Source: an uncultured Gemmatimonadales bacterium
GTDB taxonomy: Bacteria > Gemmatimonadota > Gemmatimonadetes > Longimicrobiales > RSA9
Assembly (NCBI GenBank): GCA_963798085.1
Contig: CAWCRS010000007.1
Coordinates: 1,664,001-1,728,000, forward strand
Length of the DNA: 64,000 bases
Direction of reading: 5' to 3'
In this document: one piece after another, positions 18,151 to 30,164 of the stretch
How positions within the stretch are numbered: position 1 is the stretch's first letter
Layout: the number at the start of each line of letters is the position of its first letter
The notes under the pieces: model-generated
What the model was told of the DNA's origin: nothing
What the model saw: the letters and a program-made list of their open reading frames with translations, nothing else
The model's database searches: none
Position numbers and translations under genes: made by a program

Positions 18151-19163
18151 CGCACACCCGAGCGCAGGAGGTCATGAAGGTGAACGATGCCGAGCAGGTG
18201 GTTACCGTCATCGACCACGGGCATCGCCATGATGCCATGCTTTTCCATGACGTGCACGGCCGCGGCGGCGAGTGTGTCCGGGGTGGTCAGCCGTGGCGTG
18301 CGCGTCATGATGGCCGCCACGGGGATATCGAAGAACGACTCGGTTCGTTCCATCAGGCGGGTCAGATCGCCCGCCGTGACCACGCCCATGACGCGGTGTT
18401 CGCCGTCGATGATGGGGACGGTTCCCCGTTTCTCGGCCAGCAGCACGACGCAGCGGCGCATCGCGTCCTGCGGCTGCAGCGACGGGATGTCGTCGCTGAG
18501 CATTACATCGCGCACCCGCAGGGTGAGCTTGCGTCCAATGGCTCCGCCGGGGTGCAGCCGCGCGAATTCCTCGCGCGTGAATCCGCGCAGCTGCAGCAGC
18601 GTCACCGCCAGTGCATCACCCAGCGCGAGGGCCGCAGTGGTCGACGTCGTGGGCGCCAGATCGAACGGACACGCCTCCTCCGCCACCGCGCTATCGAGCA
18701 CTACGCGCGCGGCCCGGGCCAGCAGAGAGTCGCGGGTCCCGGTCAGCGCAATGATGGCCACGCCCCGGCGGCTGAGGTGTTCCACCAGAGGCGCGAGTTC
18801 ATCCGAATCGCCGCTCTTGGAGACGAGGATGGCGACATCATCGTCGCCTACCATCCCGAGATCCCCGTGCATGCCCTCCACCGGGTGCAGGAATGCGGCG
18901 GACGAGCCGGTCGACGTCAGGGTTGCCGCGATCTTGCGCGCGACGATGCCGCTCTTGCCGATGCCGCTCACGATGGTGCGGCCGCGGGCGTCGTAGAGCA
19001 GGCGAACCGCAGCCACGAAGGATGCATCGAGTCGTTGTTCGAGCGCGTGCAGGGCTGCGCTCTCCAGGGCCAGCACGCGGCGTCCGGCCGCCAGCAGGGT
19101 CGCATCATCCGACATTGGCGCAGCGCGCTCGGTCGGCAATCGCGTGCTTCCGGTCGCGCTCAT
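18147..19163 (-). CDS. kdsD: Arabinose-5-phosphate isomerase (KpsF/GutQ, SIS + CBS)
   Basis: SGIGKSG, HGDLG, LAPTTST and HPGGAIG, followed by a CBS pair. Confidence 0.95.
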   Translation of the reverse strand: MSATGSTRLPTERAAPMSDDATLLAAGRRVLALESAALHALEQRLDASFVAAVRLLYDARGRTIVSGIGKSGIVARKIAATLTSTGSSAAFLHPVEGMHGDLGMVGDDDVAILVSKSGDSDELAPLVEHLSRRGVAIIALTGTRDSLLARAARVVLDSAVAEEACPFDLAPTTSTTAALALGDALAVTLLQLRGFTREEFARLHPGGAIGRKLTLRVRDVMLSDDIPSLQPQDAMRRCVVLLAEKRGTVPIIDGEHRVMGVVTAGDLTRLMERTESFFDIPVAAIMTRTPRLTTPDTLAAAAVHVMEKHGIMAMPVVDDGNHLLGIVHLHDLLRSGVR

Positions 19164-19722
19164 GGTTCGTTCCCGGCCTCCCGCTGCGCCACGTAGCGCT
19201 CCACCAGCTTGCCCCACTGGCCGCGTGCGCGCAGCAGGGCCTCCGCGAATTCGCGCACCGCGCCCCGTCCGCCCGAACGGTGTGTTATCCAGTGCGCGGA
19301 GGCGCGCACTTCGGGCACCGCATTGGCCACCGCCACGGCCAGCCCGGCGCGACGCAGCACGGGCAGGTCAGCCAGATCGTCGCACACACACGCGGTCTCG
19401 ATCCAGCTGACACCGTGTTGCGCGTGCAATCGTTCGAGCACCGCCAGTTTGAAGCCGCCGTCCTCTTCGTAGCAGGGGATGCCCAGCTCCTCCGCCCGTC
19501 TGCGGTTGGCGGGCGACACGCGGCCGCTGACCAGGGCCACTTCGAGTCCGCCCCACACCAGCATCTTGATCCCCAGCCCATCAGTGATCTCGAAGCGCTT
19601 CAGCTCGACCGCCTCGCCCTGAGCCGTGGCGCCCATGTAGAGCCCGCCATCGGTGAGTACGCCATCCACATCCAGCGCCACCAGACGGATGCGTTGTGCC
19701 GCAGCGCGGGACAGTGGCTCAC

Positions 19723-19726
<4 letters not shown>
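19160..19726 (-). CDS. kdsC: KDO-8-phosphate phosphatase (HAD)
   Basis: LDVDGVLTDG, DGLGIK, DDLAD and GGRGAVRE. Confidence 0.93.
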
Positions 19727-23074
<3,348 letters not shown>

Positions 23075-23092
23075 GACGGCTCGAACCTCCGC

Positions 23093-23127
23093 AAAAAAAG
23101 AGCGTCGAACTACGCAAGATTCACGCC
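23093..23127 (-). terminator. Terminator-like hairpin + U7 tract in the kdsB leader
   Basis: Minus strand GGCGTGAATCTTGCGTAGTTCGACGCT-C-TTTTTTT: an imperfect stem (GGCGT/ACGCT, GAA/TTC, CT/AG) followed by T7, directly before the GGAGG RBS. Confidence 0.5.
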
Positions 23128-23143
23128 GTACCCCGAACGCCCG

Positions 23144-23172
23144 AATCTAACGGGCGCTCGGGTCGAAGTCAA
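23144..23172 (-). promoter_or_regulatory. Sigma-70-type promoter for the kdsB-pyrG-kds-lpt-rpoN operon
   Basis: TTGACT-N17-TAGATT on the minus strand (-35 at 23172-23167, -10 at 23149-23144). Confidence 0.65.
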
Positions 23173-23185
23173 AACGCACCGCAAC

Positions 23186-24691
23186 TCAGTCGATCGGCAT
23201 CCACGGATAGCGATGCGGAATGGAAAGCCCGCTCAGCAGGATGCCCCGGTTGAGGCGCGACGGGTCGGCCACGGCGAGGACGTAGAAGATGCGCACACGC
23301 AGCCGCACGCCGACGTTCTGGAAGAGGCTGGAATCGCCGCCCTTCGACCAGGCGTTGCCCACGCGGTGCAGCGCCTCGATCGCCGGTCTTCCGAACACGC
23401 GTGTTGTGAGCGCGCGTGGGAACGGCACGCGGTACTCGCTCTCCACGTACGCCAGCCGGTCGCCGTACAGTTCGGCTTCATTCAGTCGGGGGAGCGTCGG
23501 CCTGCCACCAATGGCGTTCCAGCGCTGGTGCGGCAGACTGTCCGTTCCCGGCAATGGGCCGCGGAAGCGCATCTTCATGACGAAGGTGTGATCGGCAATC
23601 GCCTGCATGGCCCAGTGTGCACCCGCATCGAAGCGATTGAAGGAACGTGTGCCCTGCAGCCAGGTGCCCGCCGCTTCCACTTCGCCTTCCAGTTCCGCCG
23701 CCCATGTGGCGCGTTCCCACTCGCCCTTGAAGGAGAGCGCCAGGCTGCTGATGCGTCCATCATCGATCACCGGATTGGGTCGCGCCGGGTTGCCGAACGC
23801 GTGCCACGGATCGAGTGCCGGAATGGAGTGCGCATCTTCCACCTGGCCGAGGAGGCGCAGCGTGATGCGCTGATCGTCGCGCATGTACGAGAGGTCGGGA
23901 CCGAGATAGTAGCGGTCCGCCTCGTAGTAATTGCGATAGTCGTGACCGCGCAGCGCGTAGGACACGGTGTTGGACCAGCCGCGAGCCCATGCGTCGTGCG
24001 TGATAACATCGCGTTCGCCGCCGGCGCCGACGTGGAAGGCGCCGTGACGCACGCCCAGCTCGGCGCCGCCGATCAGCGTCTTGCGCGACGTTTCATAGCC
24101 GATCCATCCGTGTGCATCAGGTTCCGTCGCGCCTGCGCGCGGCAGCAGATAGCGCGCCCCCCAGGCCACGGTGATGCCGCTGACCCGATCATAGGTGGGC
24201 GCGTGAAATCCCTTCAGTCCATCCAGATCCAGCAGAGACGAAACGCGCGTGCCCGTAATGCGCACGCCGTCGCTTCTTCTCTCTGCGCGGTACGAAGCTT
24301 CCCTGTACTGTCGCACCGTGCCATCGATCAGCGCATTGTCCGCCAGGAACAGCCCGCCGCCAATGTTGACCACATCCCCTGCGATGTGTGCGTGCGGCCG
24401 CAGGAACACGTTGGCGTCGACGATGACCACATCGCCCAGGATGACGTTTTCCAGTTTGGCGGTAGTGGCGGCGAAGATGACGGGGCCCTGTATGGTGTCG
24501 CCCGGCGCATACACGGTGTCGGCATCGAGCAGCCGGTAATTGCCGGAGGCGACAACGCGCTTCAGGATGCTGTCTGTCTCCAGCTCGCCGCGGCCGCTGA
24601 GTGTGACGCGTCGCTGCTGTGCGTGGACTGTGGCCGGCGCGCTGAACAGGAGCGCCAGCAGGATGGGTACCCGGGTGCGCCGCGCGATCAC
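23186..24691 (-). CDS. Secreted/outer-membrane protein: N-terminal beta-helix (bactofilin-like) repeats + probable Omp85/TamA-like barrel
   Basis: Signal peptide (TVHA|Q); repeats ILGDVVIVDANV/IAGDVVNIGGGL/IDGTV; amphipathic strands with YDRVSG and LYGDRLAYVESEYR. Confidence 0.55.
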   Translation of the reverse strand: MIARRTRVPILLALLFSAPATVHAQQRRVTLSGRGELETDSILKRVVASGNYRLLDADTVYAPGDTIQGPVIFAATTAKLENVILGDVVIVDANVFLRPHAHIAGDVVNIGGGLFLADNALIDGTVRQYREASYRAERRSDGVRITGTRVSSLLDLDGLKGFHAPTYDRVSGITVAWGARYLLPRAGATEPDAHGWIGYETSRKTLIGGAELGVRHGAFHVGAGGERDVITHDAWARGWSNTVSYALRGHDYRNYYEADRYYLGPDLSYMRDDQRITLRLLGQVEDAHSIPALDPWHAFGNPARPNPVIDDGRISSLALSFKGEWERATWAAELEGEVEAAGTWLQGTRSFNRFDAGAHWAMQAIADHTFVMKMRFRGPLPGTDSLPHQRWNAIGGRPTLPRLNEAELYGDRLAYVESEYRVPFPRALTTRVFGRPAIEALHRVGNAWSKGGDSSLFQNVGVRLRVRIFYVLAVADPSRLNRGILLSGLSIPHRYPWMPID

Positions 24692-25266
24692 GCGAGCGCG
24701 AGGAAGTTCCGGGCGATTTCGCGACCGCCCTCACTGGCAATCGATTCCGGATGAAACTGCACGCCCCAGACCGGGAACGTGCGGTGGCGCACGGCCTGGA
24801 TTTCGTCCTCCCAGCCGGGTTCGTCGGTCGCGGCCAGCACTTCGAGGCAGGGTGGCAGCGCCGTCGGCTCGATGACGAGTGAATGATACCTCGCCACGTG
24901 CAGCGGATTCTGCAGCCCTTCGAACATGGCGCGACCGTCATGACGCACGGCGGACACCTTGCCGTGCATGGTGCGGCGTCCGCGTACCACGCAGCCGCCC
25001 CAGGCCGCGCCGATGGACTGATGCCCGAGGCACACGCCCAGGATCGGGATGGACGATCCGAAACGCTGAATGCAGGGCACACTCACGCCGGCTTCCGCAG
25101 GCGTGCAGGGCCCCGGCGACACGACGATCCAGCGCGGTGCGAGCGCCGCGATCTGGTCCAGCGTGATCTCGTCGTTGCGATGCACCTGCAGCTCCACGGA
25201 CAATTCGCCGAAGAGCTGCACCAGATTGAAGGTGAAGGAATCGTAATTGTCGATGACCAGCAGCAC
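24688..25266 (-). CDS. pabA: Aminodeoxychorismate/anthranilate synthase component II (glutamine amidotransferase); PabA or TrpG
   Basis: IDNYDSFTFNL, SPGP, GVCLGHQ, RYHSL and QFHPES. Confidence 0.92.
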   Translation of the reverse strand: MLLVIDNYDSFTFNLVQLFGELSVELQVHRNDEITLDQIAALAPRWIVVSPGPCTPAEAGVSVPCIQRFGSSIPILGVCLGHQSIGAAWGGCVVRGRRTMHGKVSAVRHDGRAMFEGLQNPLHVARYHSLVIEPTALPPCLEVLAATDEPGWEDEIQAVRHRTFPVWGVQFHPESIASEGGREIARNFLALA

Positions 25267-25296
25267 GGCCTCCCCCGTCGTCGCGTGACTCTCCGA

Positions 25297-25325
25297 AGGT
25301 TAGGCGCACCAGGCGCGGCCAACAA
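25297..25325 (-). promoter_or_regulatory. Possible sigma-70 promoter upstream of pabA/trpG
   Basis: TTGTTG-N17-TAACCT on the minus strand, followed by a GGAGG RBS. Confidence 0.35.
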
Positions 25326-25343
25326 GTACGCCCTGTCCGGCAC

Positions 25344-26228
25344 TCAGGCGCGAGGGTGATAGCGCCGGTGCACATCGCGCAGGTACTCCCGTTCCACGTG
25401 CGTGTAGATCTGCGTGGTCGCGATGTCGGCATGGCCCAGCAGCTCCTGCACTGCGGCCAGGTCGGCGCCGCCCTCCAGCAGGTGCGTGGCAAAGGAGTGC
25501 CGCAGTGTGTGCGGCGTCACGCGCTTCTCGATGCCCGCGCGGTCGACGTGTCTGCGCAGAATCTTCCACACACCCATGCGCGAGAGTGGCCGGCCACGCG
25601 CGTTGAGGAATACCACGCCTTCCGAGCGCCCGCCCAGGAGTGCCGGCCGGGTTTCGCGCAGGTACACCTCGAGCGCCCGCACTGCGGCGCGGCCGACCGG
25701 CACCAGTCGCTCCCTGGAGCCCTTGCCGAAGACCATGGCCATTCCCTCTTCCAGGTCGAGATCGCGCAGCTTGAGCGCGGTAAGCTCACTCACGCGCACA
25801 CCGGCGGCATACGCGAACTCGAGCAGCGCGCGATCGCGCCAGTAGAGCGTGTCGGCGGGGTCCGGCGCTTCCAGCAGCCGCTCGACATCATGCCGGCTGA
25901 GCGCGCCGGGCAGCCGTCGCCAGGCGCGCGGCAGCTCGACCCGTTCCGTCGGGTCCGCCACGACGACGCCTTCGGTCAGGAGGAAAGAGAAGTACGTGCG
26001 CGTCGCGGAGAGGGTCCGGCGGATCGACGTCGCCTCCAGTCCCCGATCCTTGAGCGCGTAGACGAACTCACGCAGGTCCGTGGCGCTCACTTCACCGGGG
26101 CGGTGTACGTTGCGCGCTTCGAGAAAGGCGACGAGGCCGTTCAGGTCCCGGCCGTATGCGTCCAGCGTGCGCGGCGACAGTCCGCGCTCCATCGACAGAT
26201 GATCCAGAAAGCGCTCCAGCTGGAACAC
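25344..26228 (-). CDS. xerD: Tyrosine recombinase XerD
   Basis: ERGLSPRTLDAYGRDL, GVRVSEL, GKGSRERLVP, TPHTLRHSFATHLL and LLGHADIATTQIYTHV, giving a complete R-K-H-R-H-Y set. Confidence 0.93.
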   Translation of the reverse strand: MFQLERFLDHLSMERGLSPRTLDAYGRDLNGLVAFLEARNVHRPGEVSATDLREFVYALKDRGLEATSIRRTLSATRTYFSFLLTEGVVVADPTERVELPRAWRRLPGALSRHDVERLLEAPDPADTLYWRDRALLEFAYAAGVRVSELTALKLRDLDLEEGMAMVFGKGSRERLVPVGRAAVRALEVYLRETRPALLGGRSEGVVFLNARGRPLSRMGVWKILRRHVDRAGIEKRVTPHTLRHSFATHLLEGGADLAAVQELLGHADIATTQIYTHVEREYLRDVHRRYHPRA

Positions 26229-26229
26229 G

Positions 26230-26844
26230 TCAGCGGCGCTCGCGTCGCGTCTTCCACCACCACCATACGGCCGCCGCAATCAGCAGGACCGCGATGATGA
26301 GCAGAATGCCGCTGACGCTGCGGAAGGCTCGGAGCAACGCTTCCGTGTTGCGCCCCGCCTGCGTACCCGCGATCACGAGCGCGCCGTACCAGAGCGCGGA
26401 CGCGCCCGCCATGGGCAGCGCCACGCGACGCACAGGCACGCGGCTCACACCCGCGAACACCGGCACGATCGAGCGGAAGGCGGGCAGGAAGCGGCTTACG
26501 AAAATGGCGGGCGTTCCCCAGCGATCGTAGAAGCGGCCGATCTGCTCGAGCTGACGCGGGTGCAGCAGCCAGCGGCCTGTGCGGTGGTTGAAGAAGTCGT
26601 GGCCCCAGCGCCGTGCCAGCGCGTAGACGAGCAGCGCCAATGCCACATTGCCCACCCATGTGCAGAGGAACACCAGCCACGCCTGCGCCGGTCCGCGAGC
26701 GGCGAGGAATGCGCCCGCGAGAACGAATGTGTCGGCTGGTACCGGCGGAAACAGATTCTCAATGGCCGCGCCGCCGCCGATCAGCAGGTAGATGAGCACC
26801 GGCGGCAGGCCGGCCAGCCATTGCAGGATTGATTGTAATTGCAT
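26230..26844 (-). CDS. DedA/VTT family membrane protein
   Basis: ENLFPPVPAD and SRFLPAFRS motifs plus TM helices. Confidence 0.92.
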   Translation of the reverse strand: MQLQSILQWLAGLPPVLIYLLIGGGAAIENLFPPVPADTFVLAGAFLAARGPAQAWLVFLCTWVGNVALALLVYALARRWGHDFFNHRTGRWLLHPRQLEQIGRFYDRWGTPAIFVSRFLPAFRSIVPVFAGVSRVPVRRVALPMAGASALWYGALVIAGTQAGRNTEALLRAFRSVSGILLIIAVLLIAAAVWWWWKTRRERR

Positions 26845-26864
26845 GGCGACGCGTCGGCGCGCGG

Positions 26865-27341
26865 CTACTCCAGGGAATCGACGAGCACGACGGCGATGGC
26901 GGCCAGCCCTTCGCCCGCGCCGATCCAGCCCATTCCCTCGTTGCTCTTGCCCTTCACCGAAACGTGCTGCGTGCCGATCCCAATGGCATCCGCAATGCGC
27001 GCACGCATGGCGGGCACATGCGCAGCGAGGCGAGGCTGCTCGCAGATCACGGTGACGTCGACATTGACCACCTGATAGTTCTCGCCTGCAACGATCTCGG
27101 TGGCCGCACGCAGCAGGGCCATCGAGTCGGCATCCTTCCAGCGTGCGTCGCTCGAGGGGAAGTGCGTGCCAATGTCGCCCAGCGCGCTGGCGCCGAGGAT
27201 GGCGTCGATGACGGCGTGCGCCACGGCGTCAGCATCCGAGTGACCGGCGAGACCGATGGGAGAGGGAATGTCGACGCCGCCCAGCACGAGCCGGCGCCCG
27301 GTCTCGAAGCGGTGCGAGTCGTAGCCGATGCCTGTCCTCAT
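26865..27341 (-). CDS. ispF: 2-C-methyl-D-erythritol 2,4-cyclodiphosphate synthase
   Basis: GYDSHRF, GHSDAD, GDIGTHFP and VSVKGKSNEGMG. Confidence 0.97.
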   Translation of the reverse strand: MRTGIGYDSHRFETGRRLVLGGVDIPSPIGLAGHSDADAVAHAVIDAILGASALGDIGTHFPSSDARWKDADSMALLRAATEIVAGENYQVVNVDVTVICEQPRLAAHVPAMRARIADAIGIGTQHVSVKGKSNEGMGWIGAGEGLAAIAVVLVDSLE

Positions 27342-27353
27342 CCGCGCGACGCG

Positions 27354-27755
27354 TCAGGAACGCGGGGCGCGCAGGATGCGGAGTGCCAGGTGAGCCGCGT
27401 TCCTGGCGTTGTCGATGCCCACGCAGGCGACCGGCACACCGGGCGGCATCTGCACCGTGGACAGGAGCGCATCCAGTCCACCGAGTGCGGCCGAAAGGGG
27501 CACGCCGATAACAGGAAGTTTGGTGTGTGCCGCGACCACCCCCGGCAGCGCGGCGGAAAGGCCGGCCCCGCACACAACGACGGAGAAGCCGCGCGCCTCG
27601 GCGTTCTTCGCCAGGTCCGCCGTGCGGTCCGGCTCGCGGTGCGCGCTGCACACGATGACTTCGCTGTCCACGCCCGCATCGCGCAGGATGGGCACTGCCT
27701 TCTCCATGCGCTCGCGGTCGGACTCCGACCCCATCAGGATGAGTACGCTCGCCAT
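27354..27755 (-). CDS. purE: AIR carboxylase family / N5-CAIR mutase, short form (133 aa)
   Basis: MGSESD, SAHREP, PVIGVP and QMPPGVPVA. Confidence 0.92.
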   Translation of the reverse strand: MASVLILMGSESDRERMEKAVPILRDAGVDSEVIVCSAHREPDRTADLAKNAEARGFSVVVCGAGLSAALPGVVAAHTKLPVIGVPLSAALGGLDALLSTVQMPPGVPVACVGIDNARNAAHLALRILRAPRS

Positions 27756-27765
27756 CGCCCCCGCC

Positions 27766-29025
27766 TCAGCTGCCCGCCATGGCAGGACTGCGCCACTCGC
27801 AGCACGGGCACGCCGCTTCCCCGCTCTGCACCAGCCGATAGTCCTGATAGCGCCGGCGCGGCGTGAAGCCTGCATCCTCGATGAGCCGGCAGATCTCGGT
27901 TTCCGGCATGATGAAATCGATGCCGGCCGCGCTCACCACGTTCTCCTCGATCATCAATGAGCCGAAATCGTTGGCCCCGAAGCTGAGCGCGATCTGCGCC
28001 ATCTTCGGGCCCTGCGTCACGTAGGAAACCTGCAGGTTGTGGAAGTTGTCGAGTACCAGTCGCGCCAGCGCTGTAACACGCAGATAGTCCATGCCTGTGC
28101 CCAGCGGGATCTGCCAGTCCTGCATCTCGGTGTGCAGTGGCTGGAACGACCAGGCAATGAAGGCGGTGTAGTGGCCGGCCCCCCGGGCCAGGCTCCTCGC
28201 CTGGGATGCGCGCAGCCGCAGCAGGTGCTCGAGACGGTCCTCCCAGGTCTCGCCCACACCGTACATCATGGTGGCGGTCGTGAGCAGTCCCGCCTCGTGC
28301 GCGGCCTCGTGGATCTCCAGCCAGCGGCTGGAGTCGATCTTCTTCGGCGCAATGAAGTCACGCACGGCGTCCACGAGGATTTCCGCGCCCGCGCCCGGAA
28401 TCGAATCGAGCCCGGCTTCGCGCAGCTGGCGCAGCACTTCGTCCAGCGGCAGCCGCGACACCTTCGTGATCATCTCGATCTCGGAAGCGCTGAAGCCGTG
28501 GACGTGAATCGGGTGATGCTCCTTGATGTGGCGCAGCAGGCCGAGGTACCAGTCGAGCGGCAGGTAGGGGTTGTGTCCGCCCTGCATGAGGATCTGCACG
28601 CCGCCCACCGCCTTCGCTTCATCGATCTTGCGCCCGATCTCCTCGTACGACAGCACGTATGCCTCGGGATCCTTGGGCCGGCGGTAGAACGCGCAGAAGC
28701 CGCAGTCGGTCACGCACAGGTTCGTGTAATTGATGTTGCGGTCCACGATGTACGACACCACGTCATCCGAATGCCGTTCCCGCCGGGCCGCATTCGCGCG
28801 TGCGCCCAGGTCGACCAGCGAGGTCTCGTCGAGCAGCCCGCGCCAGGCGCGGATATCGGCGGCGAACGGCCGCGACTCGAGGGGCGGCGGCGTGTACAGC
28901 GGGCGAGGCGGCCGGTGAGTCGCGCCGACTGCGCCCTGCGCCGAGGGCTCGCGCAGTCGCGGCGTCACAGTCTGGAGGATGGGCAGTGCGCGCTGCTCGG
29001 GTGCGCCTGCGCGGGGCATCACCAT
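27766..29025 (-). CDS. mqnC: Cyclic dehypoxanthinyl futalosine synthase (radical SAM)
   Basis: DRNINYTNLCVTDCGFCAF, LMQGG, SIPGAGAEIL and GANDFGSLMIEENVV. Confidence 0.9.
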   Translation of the reverse strand: MVMPRAGAPEQRALPILQTVTPRLREPSAQGAVGATHRPPRPLYTPPPLESRPFAADIRAWRGLLDETSLVDLGARANAARRERHSDDVVSYIVDRNINYTNLCVTDCGFCAFYRRPKDPEAYVLSYEEIGRKIDEAKAVGGVQILMQGGHNPYLPLDWYLGLLRHIKEHHPIHVHGFSASEIEMITKVSRLPLDEVLRQLREAGLDSIPGAGAEILVDAVRDFIAPKKIDSSRWLEIHEAAHEAGLLTTATMMYGVGETWEDRLEHLLRLRASQARSLARGAGHYTAFIAWSFQPLHTEMQDWQIPLGTGMDYLRVTALARLVLDNFHNLQVSYVTQGPKMAQIALSFGANDFGSLMIEENVVSAAGIDFIMPETEICRLIEDAGFTPRRRYQDYRLVQSGEAACPCCEWRSPAMAGS

Positions 29026-30160
29026 GAGCGCATCTCCTCGTAGTGCACGTTGCGCTCGACGGGTCGCTTCCCCGCATCCTTGATCAGCCGGATGATGTCG
29101 TCGAACCCCAGGCCTTCGGGCGTGGTGGCGCCGGCCTCGTGATAGATGCGTTCCCGGCGCACCGTGCCTTCCAGATCATCCACGCCGAAGTGCAGCGCGA
29201 TCTGGCTGACCTTGGCCGTATTCATGATCCAGTGTGTCTTGATGTGATCGAAGTTGTCCAGGAAGAGCCGGCCCACGGCCAGGTTCTTGAGGTCATCGTA
29301 GCCGGTGGTGGCGGTGCCTTCGCGCCCCAGCGTCTTCCCTAACTCGTTATTGTCGGGATGGTAGGCCAGCGGGATGTACGTGAGGAAGCCGCCCGTCTCA
29401 TCCTGCAGGGCGCGCAGCGCTTCCAGGTGGTCGACGCGGTCCGCGGACGTCTCCACATGACCGTAGAGCATGGTGCAGTTGCTGCGAATGCCCAGGTTGT
29501 GCGCGCGCCGGTGCACGTCCAGCCATTCGCCCGCCGCCAGCTTCCGGTCCGCGATGGTGGCGCGCACGTTGAGCGAGAAGACTTCGGCGCCGCCGCCGGG
29601 CAGCGTGTCCAGCCCGGCTTCGCGCAGCCGCAGCAGCACCTCCTCGACCGTGCACTTCTCCACGCGTGCCAGGTGCGCGATCTCGACCGCCGTGAGCGCC
29701 TTCACTTCCACGCCCGGATGGCGTTCACGCAGTCCGCGGATCAGGTCCGCGTAGTAGGAAACACGCAGTTTGGGGTGCAGTCCGCCCGACGATGTGGAAC
29801 TCACGCACCGGTGTATCCCGCGCCAGCGCCGCCTCCTGGAACGCCTCCTCGAGGCACATCGTATAGGCGCCTTCCTCTTTCGGCCGGCGCGCGAAAGAGC
29901 AGAACACACACGTCGCCCGCAGTACGCAGACGTTGGTGGGATTCAGGTGCTGATTGGCGGCGAAGAAGACGCGGTTTCCGTTCTTCGCGCGGTTCACGTG
30001 ATCGGCGAGTGCGCCGATCGCGAGCAGATCGCGCGACTCGAAGAGAGCGATGCCGTCGGCGCGATCGAGTCGTCGCCCTTCGCAGCACCTTGTCGGCAAT
30101 GCCGAACAGCCGACGGTCCGTGGGCCGGACAGCCGGCTCGCCGGCCGGAGCAGCGATCAC
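29019..30160 (-). CDS. mqnE: Aminofutalosine synthase (radical SAM); indels near 30080 and 29790
   Basis: HLNPTNVCVLRATCVFCSF, EFHIVG/GLHP, PGGGAEVF, MLYGHVE and HIKTHW, spread across three frames. Confidence 0.88.
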
Positions 30161-30164
30161 GTGG

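Noticed and set aside
25344..26228. Tyrosine recombinase as a prophage/island integrase
   Set aside because: The sequence is typical housekeeping XerD embedded among core genes, with no att repeats or mobile cargo.
27766..27830. CPCC metal-binding tail on MqnC
   Set aside because: It lies beyond the conserved domain in an error-prone assembly, and another frame reads plausibly, so it cannot be supported without reads.
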